A stretch of 64,000 nucleotides of DNA from Lama glama. Taxonomy: Eukaryota. Both the position numbers and the translations under genes were made by a program. This document shows positions 1-12,992 of this stretch, piece by piece (positions within the stretch are counted from its first letter, which is position 1; each line of letters starts with the position of its first letter). The stretch covers positions 79,238,001-79,302,000 of the forward strand of contig CM052816.1 in the NCBI GenBank assembly GCA_028534125.1, written 5' to 3'. The notes beneath the pieces are model-generated. The model was not told where the DNA came from, ran no database searches, and saw only the letters and a list, made by a program, of their open reading frames with translations.

Positions 1-773
1 GATGTACTAGTGTTTACGGGGGAATTTTGGCTTCAGTAAGTGGCACTGACTTAGGTGACCAGGTCCAGAAACTCTGTCACTTGAAATGTAAACATGACTT
101 AGCATTAAAGGTAATGACACTCCATCCCTGACTCCACCGCCAAGAGAAAGAAGTTGAGCAGGGGGATGATCAGCGGATGCTCTACCCTGCAACTCAGCAA
201 TTCCTAGGGTGAGGATGGGAGGCTGGTACTGCAGAACAATTCCGCTCATCCTACAGAGGGAAGGTATGTGTGGGGTGCTTCATGTCCCAGGGGTCTGCCT
301 GAGCCATGTTCTTCGGCTCTTCTGGCTATTCTCACTTCCTAATCTTCCAGGATATCTTTATTATTCTAGGAAAGAAGGCATGGGAAAGCCACACCAGCCT
401 GTTCATCTGCCATCTGCAAAGGTGTTCTCTGAAGGGGACTTAGAGGGCTCAGCCTTTGGGATCCCAGGCTACACTGGTAAAGTGGAGGTAGTTGGTGGGG
501 ATTTTGTTCAGACCATTAGCAGCTCCAAGAAGTACTCAGAGCAGTGGAGTCCAGACATCCTACATCAGCTGATCAGTGACTAAGGGTTCTACTTCCATCC
601 CTTGCATATTCTTTACAAAATGGGGAAAGATGGAGGGTCATTTTCCAAAGTAAGTTAGAATGCCCTCCGGGGAGTCCTAATTTGCGGCTTCGTTTCATCT
701 CTCTCGTTCACACACTTTGACATGCCAAGCACTACAAAGGGGTGCTGGGGAACAGACTCTAGTCACTTCTCAC

Positions 774-942
774 CTGTGATACTGGTCTCTGGAGTTCTGA
801 AGTGGAAACTTGGACTCCATTCACTCCAGAAGCCTTCAAAATAGTTGGTGTCAGGGATGGACCGAACTTTAATCTCATACATTGCATCGGGTTGTAGATT
901 TCTCTGCAGGAGCATCAGCTTTGTACTGGATAAGTTCACGTG
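774..942 (-). CDS. IL7R: Interleukin-7 receptor alpha, coding exon 5 (FN3 domain 2 with WSXWS motif)
   Basis: 169 bp, TTTAG|CAC...ACAG|GTGAGA. Translates [56 protein letters not shown](G); WSEWS at 814-828. In phase with exon 4. Exon 6 (transmembrane) is not in the window. Confidence 0.97.
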
Positions 943-1439
943 CTAAAGAGCAAAAAGTGCCACTACATTTTTATGATGGAAAAAGAGGTGATGCCCACAT
1001 CTCCCAAATCATTTCAAGTTGAGTGTCTTTAGTCAAGTGGGCTCTATCTCGAGGTTCTCTCATACTGGTTAGGAAAAGGAGCCTGGACGCGGAGGAGTCA
1101 GAGCAGACTTGGGGCAGAGTGTGCAAGTTCACAAAGGACGCTACAAGCTGTCAAAGAAGGCAGTGGTTCAATGGGTCTTTATTCAGGTGAGCTGGGCTCT
1201 CCCACTCAGGGAGGATGTAAATCACTCCCAGGCTCCCACCTTCCTTTCCACACTCTAATCTCTTCTTTTTCTTTCTTGCCCCTTTCACATCACAGGGGGA
1301 GATGAAAGGGAATGGTAAGGTTAGTGAACAAGGATCATTTTCCTCTAAAAAGATATCACTCTACATTGTCAATAGCAATATGGAGACAACAGTCTCTCCA
1401 ACAACGTGTATCATTCTTAAGAGGAAAACATGCTCTAAC

Positions 1440-1985
1440 AACTTGATAACAACCATTGTTATTTACATTTATATTTGATTATTAGTTTCCTTATATTTAT
1501 TCAAATTATGTATTTCCTGTTTTGTGAGACATTTCCAAATTTTTTGCTAATTTTTCTATTGTTACATTTGTCCTTTTCTTAATGATTTATAAGACCTCTT
1601 TATATTTTTAGAATATTAACCATCTGTCAATTGTACGTGTGGCAATTTAATCCTAATTTCTAATGTGTCTTATGACTTTGATTATTGTGCATGCTGATGT
1701 TCATAAACCTTTATAAGGTTTCATGTAATCATAAGTTTCCATATTTTGCTTTATTTTACTGGTTCTGTGCTTAGTATGATCCTCTTCATCTCAAGATTAT
1801 ATAAACATTTACCTACATACTTTTTAGCCTGTTTAGAGTTTCACTTTTATGTAATTTCTCTAAATCATCTTTTGTTTTAATTTTTTTTGTTATATGGAGC
1901 AAGTGGGGCATGTAAGTTATTTTTTTCCCCAGTTAACTGATTGTCCTAGTGCCATTTATTCAAAATCCTTCCTTTCTTTACCAGA
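1440..1985 (-). mobile_element. Ancient L1M-type LINE fragment (3' part of ORF2/UTR)
   Basis: T-rich antisense L1-like text (e.g. ccatttattcaaaatccttcctttc); highly degraded; boundaries approximate. Confidence 0.55.
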
Positions 1986-2036
1986 GTTGCTTGCCCATTG
2001 ATGCAATTTTCAGATGAAGACTGGAAGAGGGCATCA

Positions 2037-2096
2037 GTGTGTGTGTGTATGTGTGTGTGTATGTGTGTGTGTGTGCGTGCGTGTGTGCGTGCGTGC
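2037..2096. repeat. (GT)n/(GC)n compound microsatellite in IL7R intron 4
   Basis: About 60 bp of alternating purine-pyrimidine. Confidence 0.95.
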
Positions 2097-3307
2097 AGTG
2101 GGGGAGGACAGAAGGAAGGGGAAGGTGGTCTAGAGCAGGCATTACACTCGTGTAAGTTGTATACAGCAGCAAACTGCAAACAATCAAGGCTGATCCTGGC
2201 CTGAGAAAAGGAAACAGTATGGGTAAGGAGGGTCTGTCTCCCCCTGGAGAAAGCAACTAGCACCTCTTTTTTTGTCCATGTGGTACAAAAAGGCTGAAAG
2301 TTAAGCCAGTGATGTCAGAGGAACCTGAAAATCTGGGACATTTTACTTTTTTCCCCCACTTTCTTCCCCCAAAAGATTGCAGGGACAGCCAGACCACTCC
2401 AACTGCAATGACTTGTGGAGTCTAAATAACCCTCCAGATTATGAAGGGTGCAAATTAAGCTGATACTTTAAGGATTTAAGAACTCAGGCTTCAAAAAAAA
2501 TGAAGAAAAACATTCCACCTCCTCTGCTACTTACTTCAGGCTGTTTCCACAACTCCCATAAACCAAACTGTGGCTATGATTTGGTGATTTTGTTTTTGCC
2601 TGATTTGCCTGTGAGAGTTGTGCTAAATGTGATTCTTTTTAAGGCCCCCAGATAAAGAGGATGAATTTGTTCTCAATTTATACAGTCAGTCTAAGTATCT
2701 AATTGAGAGACATTATAAAGACAAAAAATAGGGCAAGAAAAAAAAATGAGACCTAGGAAAAGAACAAGCCAGAGAAGATCCACATTTTGTGAGGCCTAAA
2801 CCTTTACACTTTGGGAAGTTTCTTTCAGTAAAAAGCATATTTTGAACAGAAAGTTACTAGGGATCCTCCCTAGGTAAATGTACCTTTGAAACAATAAAAT
2901 ACATAACATTAAAAAGTTTCTATTTTATAGTTTTATATATTTACAATATTTTAATTTATATATGTAACTTTCTTCTTAAGTATATTTTTATATACATACT
3001 CCTAAATTTCATAGCGTATAACTGTAAGCAGCATCGGGGGGACCGGCGCTCTCAGGGCTGTGCTGTCAGTGCCGGTGAGGTATCGGCAAAGAGCGTGACA
3101 ATAATGCTCTGAGTTTATAATTTTCAATTTCTTTTCAATAAATGCCAAATTTGTCAGTATTGCATATAAATAACTGTGTTACTTCTTTAACTGTAGTATA
3201 GATTCTATTTACAAAATGTTCGCTTATAAGGTTTTACGGATTTTTACAGTGAAGTGTTTCCTATTGTTTAATAAAGAACCGCATGTATAAAAAGAAAACC
3301 TACATAC

Positions 3308-3465
3308 CACCCAATTGTTTTCGTTTTTTTCCTGGCGGTAGGCTACCTCATGCATTAATTCTTTCACATACTTCTTTCGCAAGTGCGATGTATTAAATGT
3401 CACCACAAAGTCATTTGCTGCCTCGCGATAGATGACTCTTACGTCAAAAGGAGCCTCAGGTTTAA
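3308..3465 (-). CDS. IL7R: Interleukin-7 receptor alpha, coding exon 4
   Basis: 158 bp, CCAG|TTAAA...GTG|GTATGT. Translates (V)[52 protein letters not shown]; overlaps track ORF 3224..3406. Confidence 0.97.
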
Positions 3466-3599
3466 CTGGAAAGAAAAAGAAATGAGGTCAATCTGGAGGG
3501 TAGTCAAAGAAATAATGACCGGTTTTAAAGTTCATCTGCTCTGAAAAATCACATCCCTTTTCTGGGTCAGTAAAAACCCCTTCTTCTTTCTGATTCAAA

Positions 3600-3920
3600 G
3601 CCTGACTACATTCCCCAGCCTCCCTCGCTGCTGGGTGTGGTCTTGTGCAGGATGTGGGCAGAAGTGACGTGCACCACCTCCCATCCTGGCCCAGAAGTCC
3701 CCCATGTGTGACCCCATACCCGGTCCCCTTCTGCCACTTGGAGTAACATGTTGTCGCAGTGGAACCACCGGATGGAGAAGCTGTGAGTATTGCTTGGAGG
3801 AGCACCACCCACAGCTTAGAAACACCCACTTTGGCTCTTCTGTGAGCAAGAAATAAACTTACGGTGTTTGAGATATGTTTCAGTGCTTACTGTTTATTAG
3901 CAGCTAGTGCTAACTTTATA
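3600..3920 (+). mobile_element. MLT1-type (ERVL-MaLR) LTR remnant
   Basis: actacattccccagcctccct...gcagaagtgac...tgtgagcaagaaataaactt; typical MLT1 motifs including the LTR AATAAA. Confidence 0.65.
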
Positions 3921-4964
3921 CTAAAACACATTCTCTTCCCCTTTTGAGTACTAGAGAATTGGTAACTAACTTTCCCCAAAGCAGGAGTATTTGAACTTTG
4001 AGTCTTCATTGTTCCAGTAAAAGCTGGGGGCCTTCCACCTCATCTCAGCTACGTAGGAGCTGAGGGCCTGCTTCCGGGCCCTGGCTCGTAACTTCCCATG
4101 TGACCTCGGGCTGCCCCCTCCTTCAGTCTTGTTTGTGTTAATTCCAAACTCCTCCCTGCCTGACTCACACAGCTTCTGATGGGATCACATGCACCATACA
4201 TGAAACGCTGTCGGAGGGAGATAGGTATTATTTCGGGTAGAACAAACCCTGAGAAAGGTACTGAAGTCCTGGGAGCGCATGCCTGTCAGGCCGTCTCCCA
4301 CCACTGACTTGGGGCTTCCCTGTCTTGGCCTCTCAGCTGCTCTCTCACTAAAGCCTGGGGAGTCAGTTGTGCAGGGATGGGGCAGCCACTTGTCTGCATG
4401 GCTCATCATCAGATAGATTGGCGGATATATAAGGTAAAATCTAACCTAAACCTGTCATTAACGAGGGAGTGTTTGTTTATCTAAATTTCACTTAGCAGAC
4501 TGAGCTGGATTCTAGGCTCTGTGAGCTGGGCTTTAAGACTGACTTGCTGACCCAGTAAAATGAGCTCGTGTGGTGAAGTTTGGCCCCCTTGTCATAATCA
4601 CTTGCTCACAGTGGTGGCTCCTAAGAGTCTTCTGCATTGATTTACTCCAGAGGTACTGAAAAAGAGGAAGTGGTTCCTTCTCTACCCTTGGATGTCTCAA
4701 GAAAGGGGAAGTTTATCCTTTTTCACCCGTAGATGCCCTATAAAAAGGGAAGGTACCCCAAAGGGAAGCAGGAGGCAAGGTAGTGGGTATAGAGAAACAG
4801 ACCCAGAGAGGGTACACCAGCCAAGTCAGTTCCTACCTTCCATTTAAGGAAATGATTGAGACACATTTGCTACCAGATCTCTCACATGGAATTCCTTGCC
4901 CTATCCCTGTCTCCCAAGGCCTCTCAATATGGAAGCATTAAGGGAAGGACAGGCTAGTACTGGC

Positions 4965-5150
4965 TGCACGCCTGCTGAGTGCCCAGTGTGTTACTTGCAC
5001 CGCCTTCCATCAGCCATCACTCATCACCGCTGTGCTGACGAGGATGGATGCTGAGTCCCAGAGAGGTTAATTCACGTCAGCTCAGGCTCCTGCAGAGTAA
5101 CTGGATGGCATTTAAATCCAATTCTGTCTGATTCCGAGTCTCGCTCTCCT
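4965..5150 (-). mobile_element. MIR SINE remnant
   Basis: ctgagtcccagagaggttaattcac...gcatttaaatccaattctgtctgattcc resembles the MIR core in antisense. Confidence 0.5.
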
Positions 5151-6830
5151 TCACTTAACTTGTATTTCTATATTCCACTCTCTGGTGCCGGCTTGTTCAG
5201 GCTCTCCCCAAACAGGTCTGCTTCCAGCCCCAGTGAATGTCTGTGAGCAAATTTTAAAAAGGTGCTCATTCCTCAGGTAACATTTTAAAAAGTTAATTTA
5301 TTCCTGGCACAACCTGACCTGTTATATAGATTTACCTTGACATGAAAAGTGGGAAGACAGGGAGCTGCCCCTCCAGTCTTACTGGGGGCCCACACCTAAG
5401 GAAGGGGTGGAAGTGTGGGGGCAGGTAGCTGCAAAGCTCTGGCTCTGTGGTTCCATCAGAAGCATCCAATTTAAATGTACTTAAATGACACTTCTATTTA
5501 TGGAATGCCACATTAGGAGCCAGAACAAGATGCTACTGAGAGACACACCGTCACTGCCTCTCATCCTGCTCATCCCGGGGTGCTCACCACTCTCTCACAG
5601 ACCCACGTGACCAGCGGTGTGCACACCCTGTCTCTCCCCTTGGCCGCTCAGATGAGGCAGCTGATCAGGTTTTCAGTCTGCTGGGTGGTACAGAATGTGG
5701 ACCTCTATGAGCACTGGGCATCCGAGATCTGGGGATTCAGATGGGGTAGGTGCCACCGGGAGCCTCTGGGTGTGCTGTGAGTGTTCATATGCTCACTCTG
5801 TAAAATGCACGTGGGCCTGTGTGCTGGTGTGAGTTTCAGTAAGGAGGGTCTTCAGGACTCAGCCAGAGAATTGGGAATCTCTGCCTTCCCTGCCTGCTCG
5901 CTTAGAGTGAACACACATTTGCAACGCAAGTGGTGAACCTTTAGATATATTGCCCTGTGCACGAACCAAACATCCATCCATAGCAGCCTTACCTCCAAAT
6001 GACCAAAACCCAGTCTGCTTGTGTCCCATACTCAGAGATACCTGTCATACCCCGCCCCTGGATAGCATTCGTATTAGTTGTGCTTAATGTCTCTTTTCTA
6101 CTACCTCGGCTTTTTTTTTTTTTTTCACAAGATAATTGTTCACACATGGAACTTCTGCTTTTACTCTTTACCATCTTAGTGATACAAAACTAAGACTAAG
6201 TTCCAAGTTTCTCTTTGTTGTCTCTAATGAGTATTGCTCTCCTACTGTTAATTTTCTTTTAGAAGGATGAAGGGAAGGGGTTGAGAATAGAGTGAGACAG
6301 AGCCATACTATTTAAAACCAGCAAAAGAATGTACCTCTTCCATCACTTTAATAATTTTCCCCCCATATGTATTGTTTCACTTTTAAATCTCCACAGGCAG
6401 AATGAATACAAAAAGTTAGTATTCCATTGCACTAATACATCATAACTGGCTTAGACATTCCCCTCCACCAGGGTATCTCTGAGATTCTGAAAAAGAACCT
6501 TACTCACTTCAGTGTCATAAATCTGTAAGTAATGGAAAAAACTTTTGTGTCTATCTGTTTTGATTTACTTGCTTGGTAACTGAATGGAGAATTGGTAATT
6601 AATATTGACTTATAACCCAATAATTGAATGGATTTACTGATTCATTTTACTACATATATTCATATTATATAGAACCAAGGGAAACATACAGATGAATTTA
6701 GCAATTCAAATTGTAATTTTATTTGTAATATAATTATTATTACTTTTTTTTGCCAAGTGTAGTATGAGTATTCTAGGCCACGTCAGATTTAATTACGCAT
6801 CACTGCTCAATAATAATTCTCCTAGGAAGA

Positions 6831-7368
6831 TGTGATGGCAGTTTCATGTGTCAACTTGGCTAAGCTATGGTGCCCAGTAGTTTGGCCAAACACTAGTCTG
6901 AAGGTATTTTTTGAAAGATATGGCTAACATTGAAATCAGTAGACTTCGAGTAAAACAGATTACCCTCCATGATGTGGTGGGCTTCATCCAATCAGAAGAA
7001 GGCCTTAAAAGCAAAGACTGAGATTCCTCAAAGCAGCAATGCTGGCATAAGAATACAACATAGAAACCCTGCTTGAGTTTCCACACTGCCTGGCTTGCCC
7101 TGTGGAATGTGGACTCAAGACTGTGATATCCACTCTTACCTGAATTTCTAGTCTTCTGGCTCACTCTACACATTTCAGACTTGCCAACTCCGACAATCAT
7201 GACAGCCAATTCCTTAAAGAAAACCTCTTTTTCTTGTCTGTCTGTCTGTCTGTCTGTCTCTATCTATCTATCTATCCATCCATCCATCCATCCATTTGTC
7301 TATCTACCTGTCCATCTATCCATCTGTCTATCTTATTAGTTCTGTTTCATCTGGAGAACTCTAATACA
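6831..7368 (+). mobile_element. MLT2-type (ERVL) solo LTR with internal (TCTG)n(TCTA)n(TCCA)n microsatellite
   Basis: Starts TGTGATGG...tgtgtcaacttggctaagctatggtgccc, contains gattaccctccat...catccaatcag, ends tctggagaactctaatACA; tetranucleotide repeats at about 7235-7332. Confidence 0.8.
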
Positions 7369-7809
7369 AAAAGGCACATTTACTTTTTAAAATAACTTGA
7401 TAATTTAGCTAAATGCACTCAGAATGTGGTAAGTAAGTGGGGAGATTATAGGGAATTCAGGAAAAGGTTAGGTGAGGAAGGAAAGGACATATATAGGTGA
7501 GTGACAGGAATCCTTGCTCCATTAGGCACTTCACACAGATGAACCCTTCCTACAATCTGCAACTGCCAATCACCCTTTTTCATAGTTGAGTTTGAAGACC
7601 CTCAACATTTCCTCACTGTAGGAATTAATAGCATAAGCTTCAAACTTTCATTTCCTTTTAAAAAATTATGTGCATTAGGGAATTTGATATTTTCTACTGC
7701 AAATAGTTCTCATGATCTGTCTGCTTTTAACATACAGAAAATTCAGATACAGGTATCTGTCTTCAGGTATCTGAAAAGTGATGACATACTCCCATTTACA
7801 ACTTCTTAC

Positions 7810-7967
7810 CTATTTTGACTATGTTCATTTTTCTGCAAGTCATGCTCTTTCTTTCAAGCTTCACACATATTTCGCTGTCTCCAATCAGTAAGAATTTCTT
7901 TGTCTTGATGAAATACATCTCTTGTAGTTTATTAAAACTCAGGCAATTTACATCCAAAAGGGCCCCA
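7810..7967 (-). CDS. IL7R: Interleukin-7 receptor alpha, coding exon 3
   Basis: 158 bp, ATAG|TGGGG...ATAG|GTAAGA. Translates (C)[52 protein letters not shown]. Confidence 0.97.
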
Positions 7968-8679
7968 CTATAGAAACAAAAAGGGAATTTGTCTCAGTTT
8001 AAGTAGGAAATTCTGCATAGAATGGGATAGCATCACGTGTACATTTCAGCTGTGTGGCTTGAGCTCCACCCACAGGGTAGGCGCATGCTTGAGAGAAAGA
8101 GAGTTATGAAAGCAATATAGCTTTTTGCTGCCCTTATAATCTGTGATGATTTACTCAGGCACTAGATGCACTTGAACCTGAAATGGTCAAAGCATGTCCC
8201 TGAATACAATAGAAAATTCCTATCTTCTAATAATTGATTATGGAAAGAGAAATACTTTGTTTAGGTGGGAAGGTAATTGCTTCCTCTTTTGTTATCCTGT
8301 ATGAAAGGAATAAGTTGAGGAACTAAAGCTTGTAAACAACATTGACCAAAAGGAAATAATAGAACAGTCTAAAGGATTATATACACAAAACCATATATAC
8401 TTAATGGGTGATCCAGAGATTTTTCACAGGTTATTTTGACTGTGTTCCATCTTTAATTCATCAGCAGACTTTAAAATCAACCATTCTCCCCATGCTCCCT
8501 AGATGAACATGCAATAGCAATACTCTAGGAATTGAATTCTGTCACTTCTTCAGCCTCCTATTCCCAATTAAATCAGGCTTTTAGGAAACTGAAGAAGAGA
8601 GAATATTGCCTACTATGTAACTACATCAAAAGCTCCAAATTGTATTCTTAAAAAATTCCTGTTTTAAAAAAGGTATAAG

Positions 8680-11600
8680 TTTTGGTTCCAGTAATGGCAG
8701 AGTAGCTTATACTAGACTAACTCTCCAATCTACAGCTCTTATAAACTTTGAACAAGATATTCTTGAAAATACTGTTTAAGAGCATTGGAGAGTAACCAAA
8801 AGCAGGCAGAAACTAAAGGGAATTAAATACTTTTTAAAAAGGGTGGATTTGATCCTTGTTTCTATGTTGTTGTTTGTTTTGTTTTGTTTTATCTGACAAC
8901 ACTTCTCAGGTCACATTGCAATAAGCATCTAGAATCTAACAGAAAGCCACAGTTTTATTGTCTTGAGAAGTTAGAGGACAGAGTTTTAGATGCCCTGAGA
9001 GGCTGGGTATTTTTAAGAGGGAATAGCCTAGAAATGAGGAAGCTTTAGAGATAGAAGACACTTAGTCTGCCTATAAACTCTGCCTAAATTATTGTCTGTC
9101 CCCTTAATTGTGCAAATATAGAGGGAATGCCAAAGAAACAATGGGCTAGAAATAGCTAGAAGGCTTTAGAAAGAGCTAAGCAGAGATTGTAGGTGCTGCC
9201 TCAAAAGAAAAAAGAATTTGGAGATTAATCCACTGTAGTTAATTGAATAACAGAGCTAAAAAAAAAAAACACTTGCTAGAGTGTGTTATCAGCATCAGAA
9301 AAAAAAAATCTATTATCAATAGTGTCCTTCCTACATTAAAAGCTACCACAAAAGATCTGAAAAAGGAAAATGTGACGCATAGTCAAGACAAAAAGTGGTC
9401 AATGGAAATTGACCCTAAGATGACCCAGAGGTTGGAACTAACAGAAAAGGGCTTTTCAGCAGGTTTTGTAAATATGTTCAAGGGCTAAACAAAAAATATG
9501 GTCACAATTATTGAATGGGATGTATAATCTTAATGAAGAAATGGAAACTACAAAAGAGAACAAAATGAAAATACTGTAGCTGAGAAGTACAAATCTAAAA
9601 ATTTTAAAAATATATTGAACTTACAGGATGGACCTAATAGCAGATAGAAGATGGCAGAAGAAAGGGTTGGTGAACTTGAGGACAGATCAATAGAAATTAT
9701 TCAGTCTGAAAAACAGAAAGTCTTGGTGACTCGTGCGACAATGTTAAGGGGATAAATAAACATGCAATTAGAACAAAAAGAGAGAAAGAATTTGGTTAAA
9801 AATATTTAAAGAAATAATGTCCCCAAATGTCCCAAATGTGGCTCCCCACCCCCAAAAAGTCAACTTTTAGGTTTAAAAAACTCAGCAAATCCAAGCAGGA
9901 TAAATCCAAAGGAAACCACACCTAGGCACGCCATAGTCAGACGGCTGAAAAACAAAGGTGAGTAAGAAATGTTGAAAGCATCCAGAGAAAAATATCACTT
10001 CTTATCAGGAACTACGTGAACTAGAAGACACTGGGAATGGTATCTTTAAAACTCTGAAATGGAAAAAAAAAAAGTCCACTTTAAATTCTTATAGTACAAA
10101 ATATTCTTCAGTAATGAAGGCAAAATAAAGACATTTTCAGCTATGTAAAAACTGAGGTATTTGTTTTAGAAAATTCTTTTGACCAAAGGGAAATGATACT
10201 AGATGGAATTTCAGATCTACAGTAAGCAATTTGGTTTACCAGAAAAGCTATACTTTGGTAAATATAAAAGACAATACATATTTTCTTCTCAGATTCTTTA
10301 GAGATAACTGATTATTTAAAGCAAATATTGTAACATTATTATGGCCTTTATGATGTATATAGATGCAAAATATATGACAGGAGTACAAAGATAGGATGTG
10401 ATAAGTACAATCATATTGTTGCAAGTTTCTTATATTTTACATGAAATAGCACACCATTAACTCTAAATAAATGCTAATAAATGGTTGAATCTTGCAATCA
10501 CTAAAAAGGGATATTACCCCCCAAATTTTCAATAGTTCTGATTTCATTCAAATAAATTAAATTTATTATTAATAAGCTTTCCTACAAAGAAAACTTTATA
10601 CCCAAATGGTTATATGCTGGTGAATTCTGTGAAATATATATGAAATAGTGCCAAACTTACACACATTCTGTCAGAAAATAGAGGAGAAACAAATGCTTCT
10701 CAACTTATTTTATGAAGTTAACTCAAACCTGCTACCAAAAGATGGCAAAAATATTACAGAAAAGAAATTTGTAAGTTAATGTTTCTCAAGATATATATGC
10801 AAAATTCCTCAAGAAAATATAACATGATGATATTCACACATAATGACAAAGTAAGATGCATTGCAGGAAATCAAGGTAAGTTCAACAATCAAAGATCAAT
10901 CAATGTAATTTACCACATGAACAGAATAAAAGACATAAATAATCTGATCATCTCAAGTGATTCAGAAAAAGCATATGTAAAAATTCAACAACCATTTATG
11001 ATAAAAACTCTTAGCAGACACTTTCTCAACCTGATGAAAGACATTTGCAAAAAAGTCTATATTTAGTATCATACTTAATGGTGAAATTGTGAACACTTTT
11101 GCCCTAAGATAAGGACAAGGCAGGAATATGCATTTCACCACTTTTATTCAACAGTGAACTGGAGGTTCTAGCCAGTGCAAAGACACAATGAAAAAGCCAA
11201 GCGAGAGAAACAATATAAGGCATCAGTTTGGAAAGGAAGAAAATAAGACTTTCTTTGCTTGTAGACAACATGTTTGTTCACATGGAAAACTATTAAGATT
11301 GTCCAACACAATTACAGGAACAAATGAATTCATCAAGGTCAGTATGCAAAAGTCAGTTGCATTCCATAGATCAGTGCCCAAAAATTGGAAAATGAATTTT
11401 AAAAATAATATCTCCATTTATGATAGCAATAAAAATAGAAAATTCTTAGAAATAAAATTATTAAAAGATGGAAATTACAAAACATTCCTGGAGGGGAGGG
11501 TATAGCTCAAGTGGTAGAGTGCAATGCTTAGCACACAGAAGGTCCTGGGTTCAATCCCCAGTACCTCCTGTAAAAATAAATATGTAAACCCAATTACCTC

Positions 11601-12790
11601 CCCCCTTAAATAAATAAATTAATTAATTTAAAAAAAATTCCTGAGAACTATTAAAGAAGATCTAAGTAAATGGAGAGCTACATTTATGGATTAGCAAATT
11701 TAGTAGTGAAAAGATGGAAATTTCCCCCAAATTGATGTATTAATTGAAATCTCAACAGGAGTTTTAAAAAAAATTGACAGGCTGATTTTAAAATTTATGT
11801 GGAAACACAAAGAACTCAGAATAGCCTAGACAACACTGAAAAAGTGGAACCAATATGGAGGACGCGGAGCACTTGATTTCAAGCTTACTATAAAGCTATG
11901 ATAATCTGCACAGTGTAGCAGTGACATCAGGATAGAAATACCAACTGATAGAAAATAGAGAGTGTTCAGAAATAGACTCATACATGTAAGGTTAATTGAT
12001 TCTAAATATGAGCATCCAATCAATTCATTGGGAAATAGATAATCTTTTCAGCAAATTGTCCTGGAACAACTGAGCAAATGTATGGAAAATATAAACCTCA
12101 ATCCCATGCAAAATTAATTGTATATGGACTATAGACCTAAATATAAAGGCTAAAACTATGAACTATTTAGAAGAAAATATCAGAAAATATCTTCCTAACA
12201 TTAGGAGTAGACGAAGAAAGTAATGACACAAATAGCATTAAACATAAAAAAGGAAAACAAAACGTATTGGGCTACATCAAAATGAAAACCTCCTGCTTAT
12301 TAAAATATACCATTAATAAAATGAAATGGCAAGCGACAGGCTGGCAGAAATAGTACACACATCTGACATAGGAGCTGTATCCAGAGCATATAAAGGATTC
12401 ATACCCATCAATAATAAAAGGAGAAATAACTCGATAGAATATGACAAAAGACTTGAACAGGTACTCGCCAAAAGAAGACATCCAAATGGCCAACAAGTAC
12501 ATGAAAAGATGGTCAACATGATTTGCTATTTGAGAAATGTAAATAAAAATCATGAGATACTATTTCAAAGCCAAGTGTTGGAAACGACGTGTAGCCTTCA
12601 TACATTGCTGGTGGAAAAATAGAGTGGTATAACCACTTTGGGAAACTGCTGGGCAGCTTCTGACAAAGTTAAAAACACAACTATGCTATGATACAAGAAT
12701 TCCACCCTGAGGATTTCACCACAGAGAAATGAAAATGTATATTAACCAATTTATTTGTGTAAGAATGTTAACAGCAACTTTGAAAAAGAA
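8680..12790 (+). mobile_element. Old, degenerate L1 (5' region, ORF1 remnants, partial ORF2) in IL7R intron 2, antisense to IL7R
   Basis: ORF1-like text at about 9240-10200; RT remnant [23 protein letters not shown] (track ORF 10779..11066; L1 consensus [22 protein letters not shown]); ORF2 3' motifs to about 12700; many stops and frameshifts. Confidence 0.85.
11493..11636 (+). mobile_element. Vic-1-type tRNA-derived SINE nested in L1
   Basis: GGGGAGGGTATAGCTCAAGTGGTAGAG (A box)...GGTTCAATCCC (B box), A-rich tail; ATTCCTG repeated at 11484-11490 and 11637-11643 (TSD core). Confidence 0.9.
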
Positions 12791-12992
12791 GGGTCTTTGA
12801 GTGGCTGGATAAGCTCCTGCCATCATGAAAAAAAATAGAGACTGTGAAGAAATTTTAAGTTTATTAACTAACTTAATATATTTATTGTTTGTGGGACATT
12901 TCTTAAAAATTGTCCCCCCTCCCCCCAAATATAGCTTTTTGTTGTTGCTGTTAACTGCTCTCCTTTAGCGCATGCAGTTGTTTTGGCTTTGA

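Noticed and set aside
1946..2263. His/Thr-repeat and Cys/Val-repeat ORFs
   Set aside because: Translations of the (GT)n microsatellite.
11493..11570. tRNA-like sequences (also at about 19310-19385, 34395-34474 and 50939-51012)
   Set aside because: These are SINE heads with A-rich tails and TSDs and degenerate cloverleaves, not tRNA genes.
9243..12622. L1-derived ORFs as an active or domesticated reverse transcriptase
   Set aside because: Fragmented by stops and frameshifts, endonuclease region missing, interrupted by a SINE.
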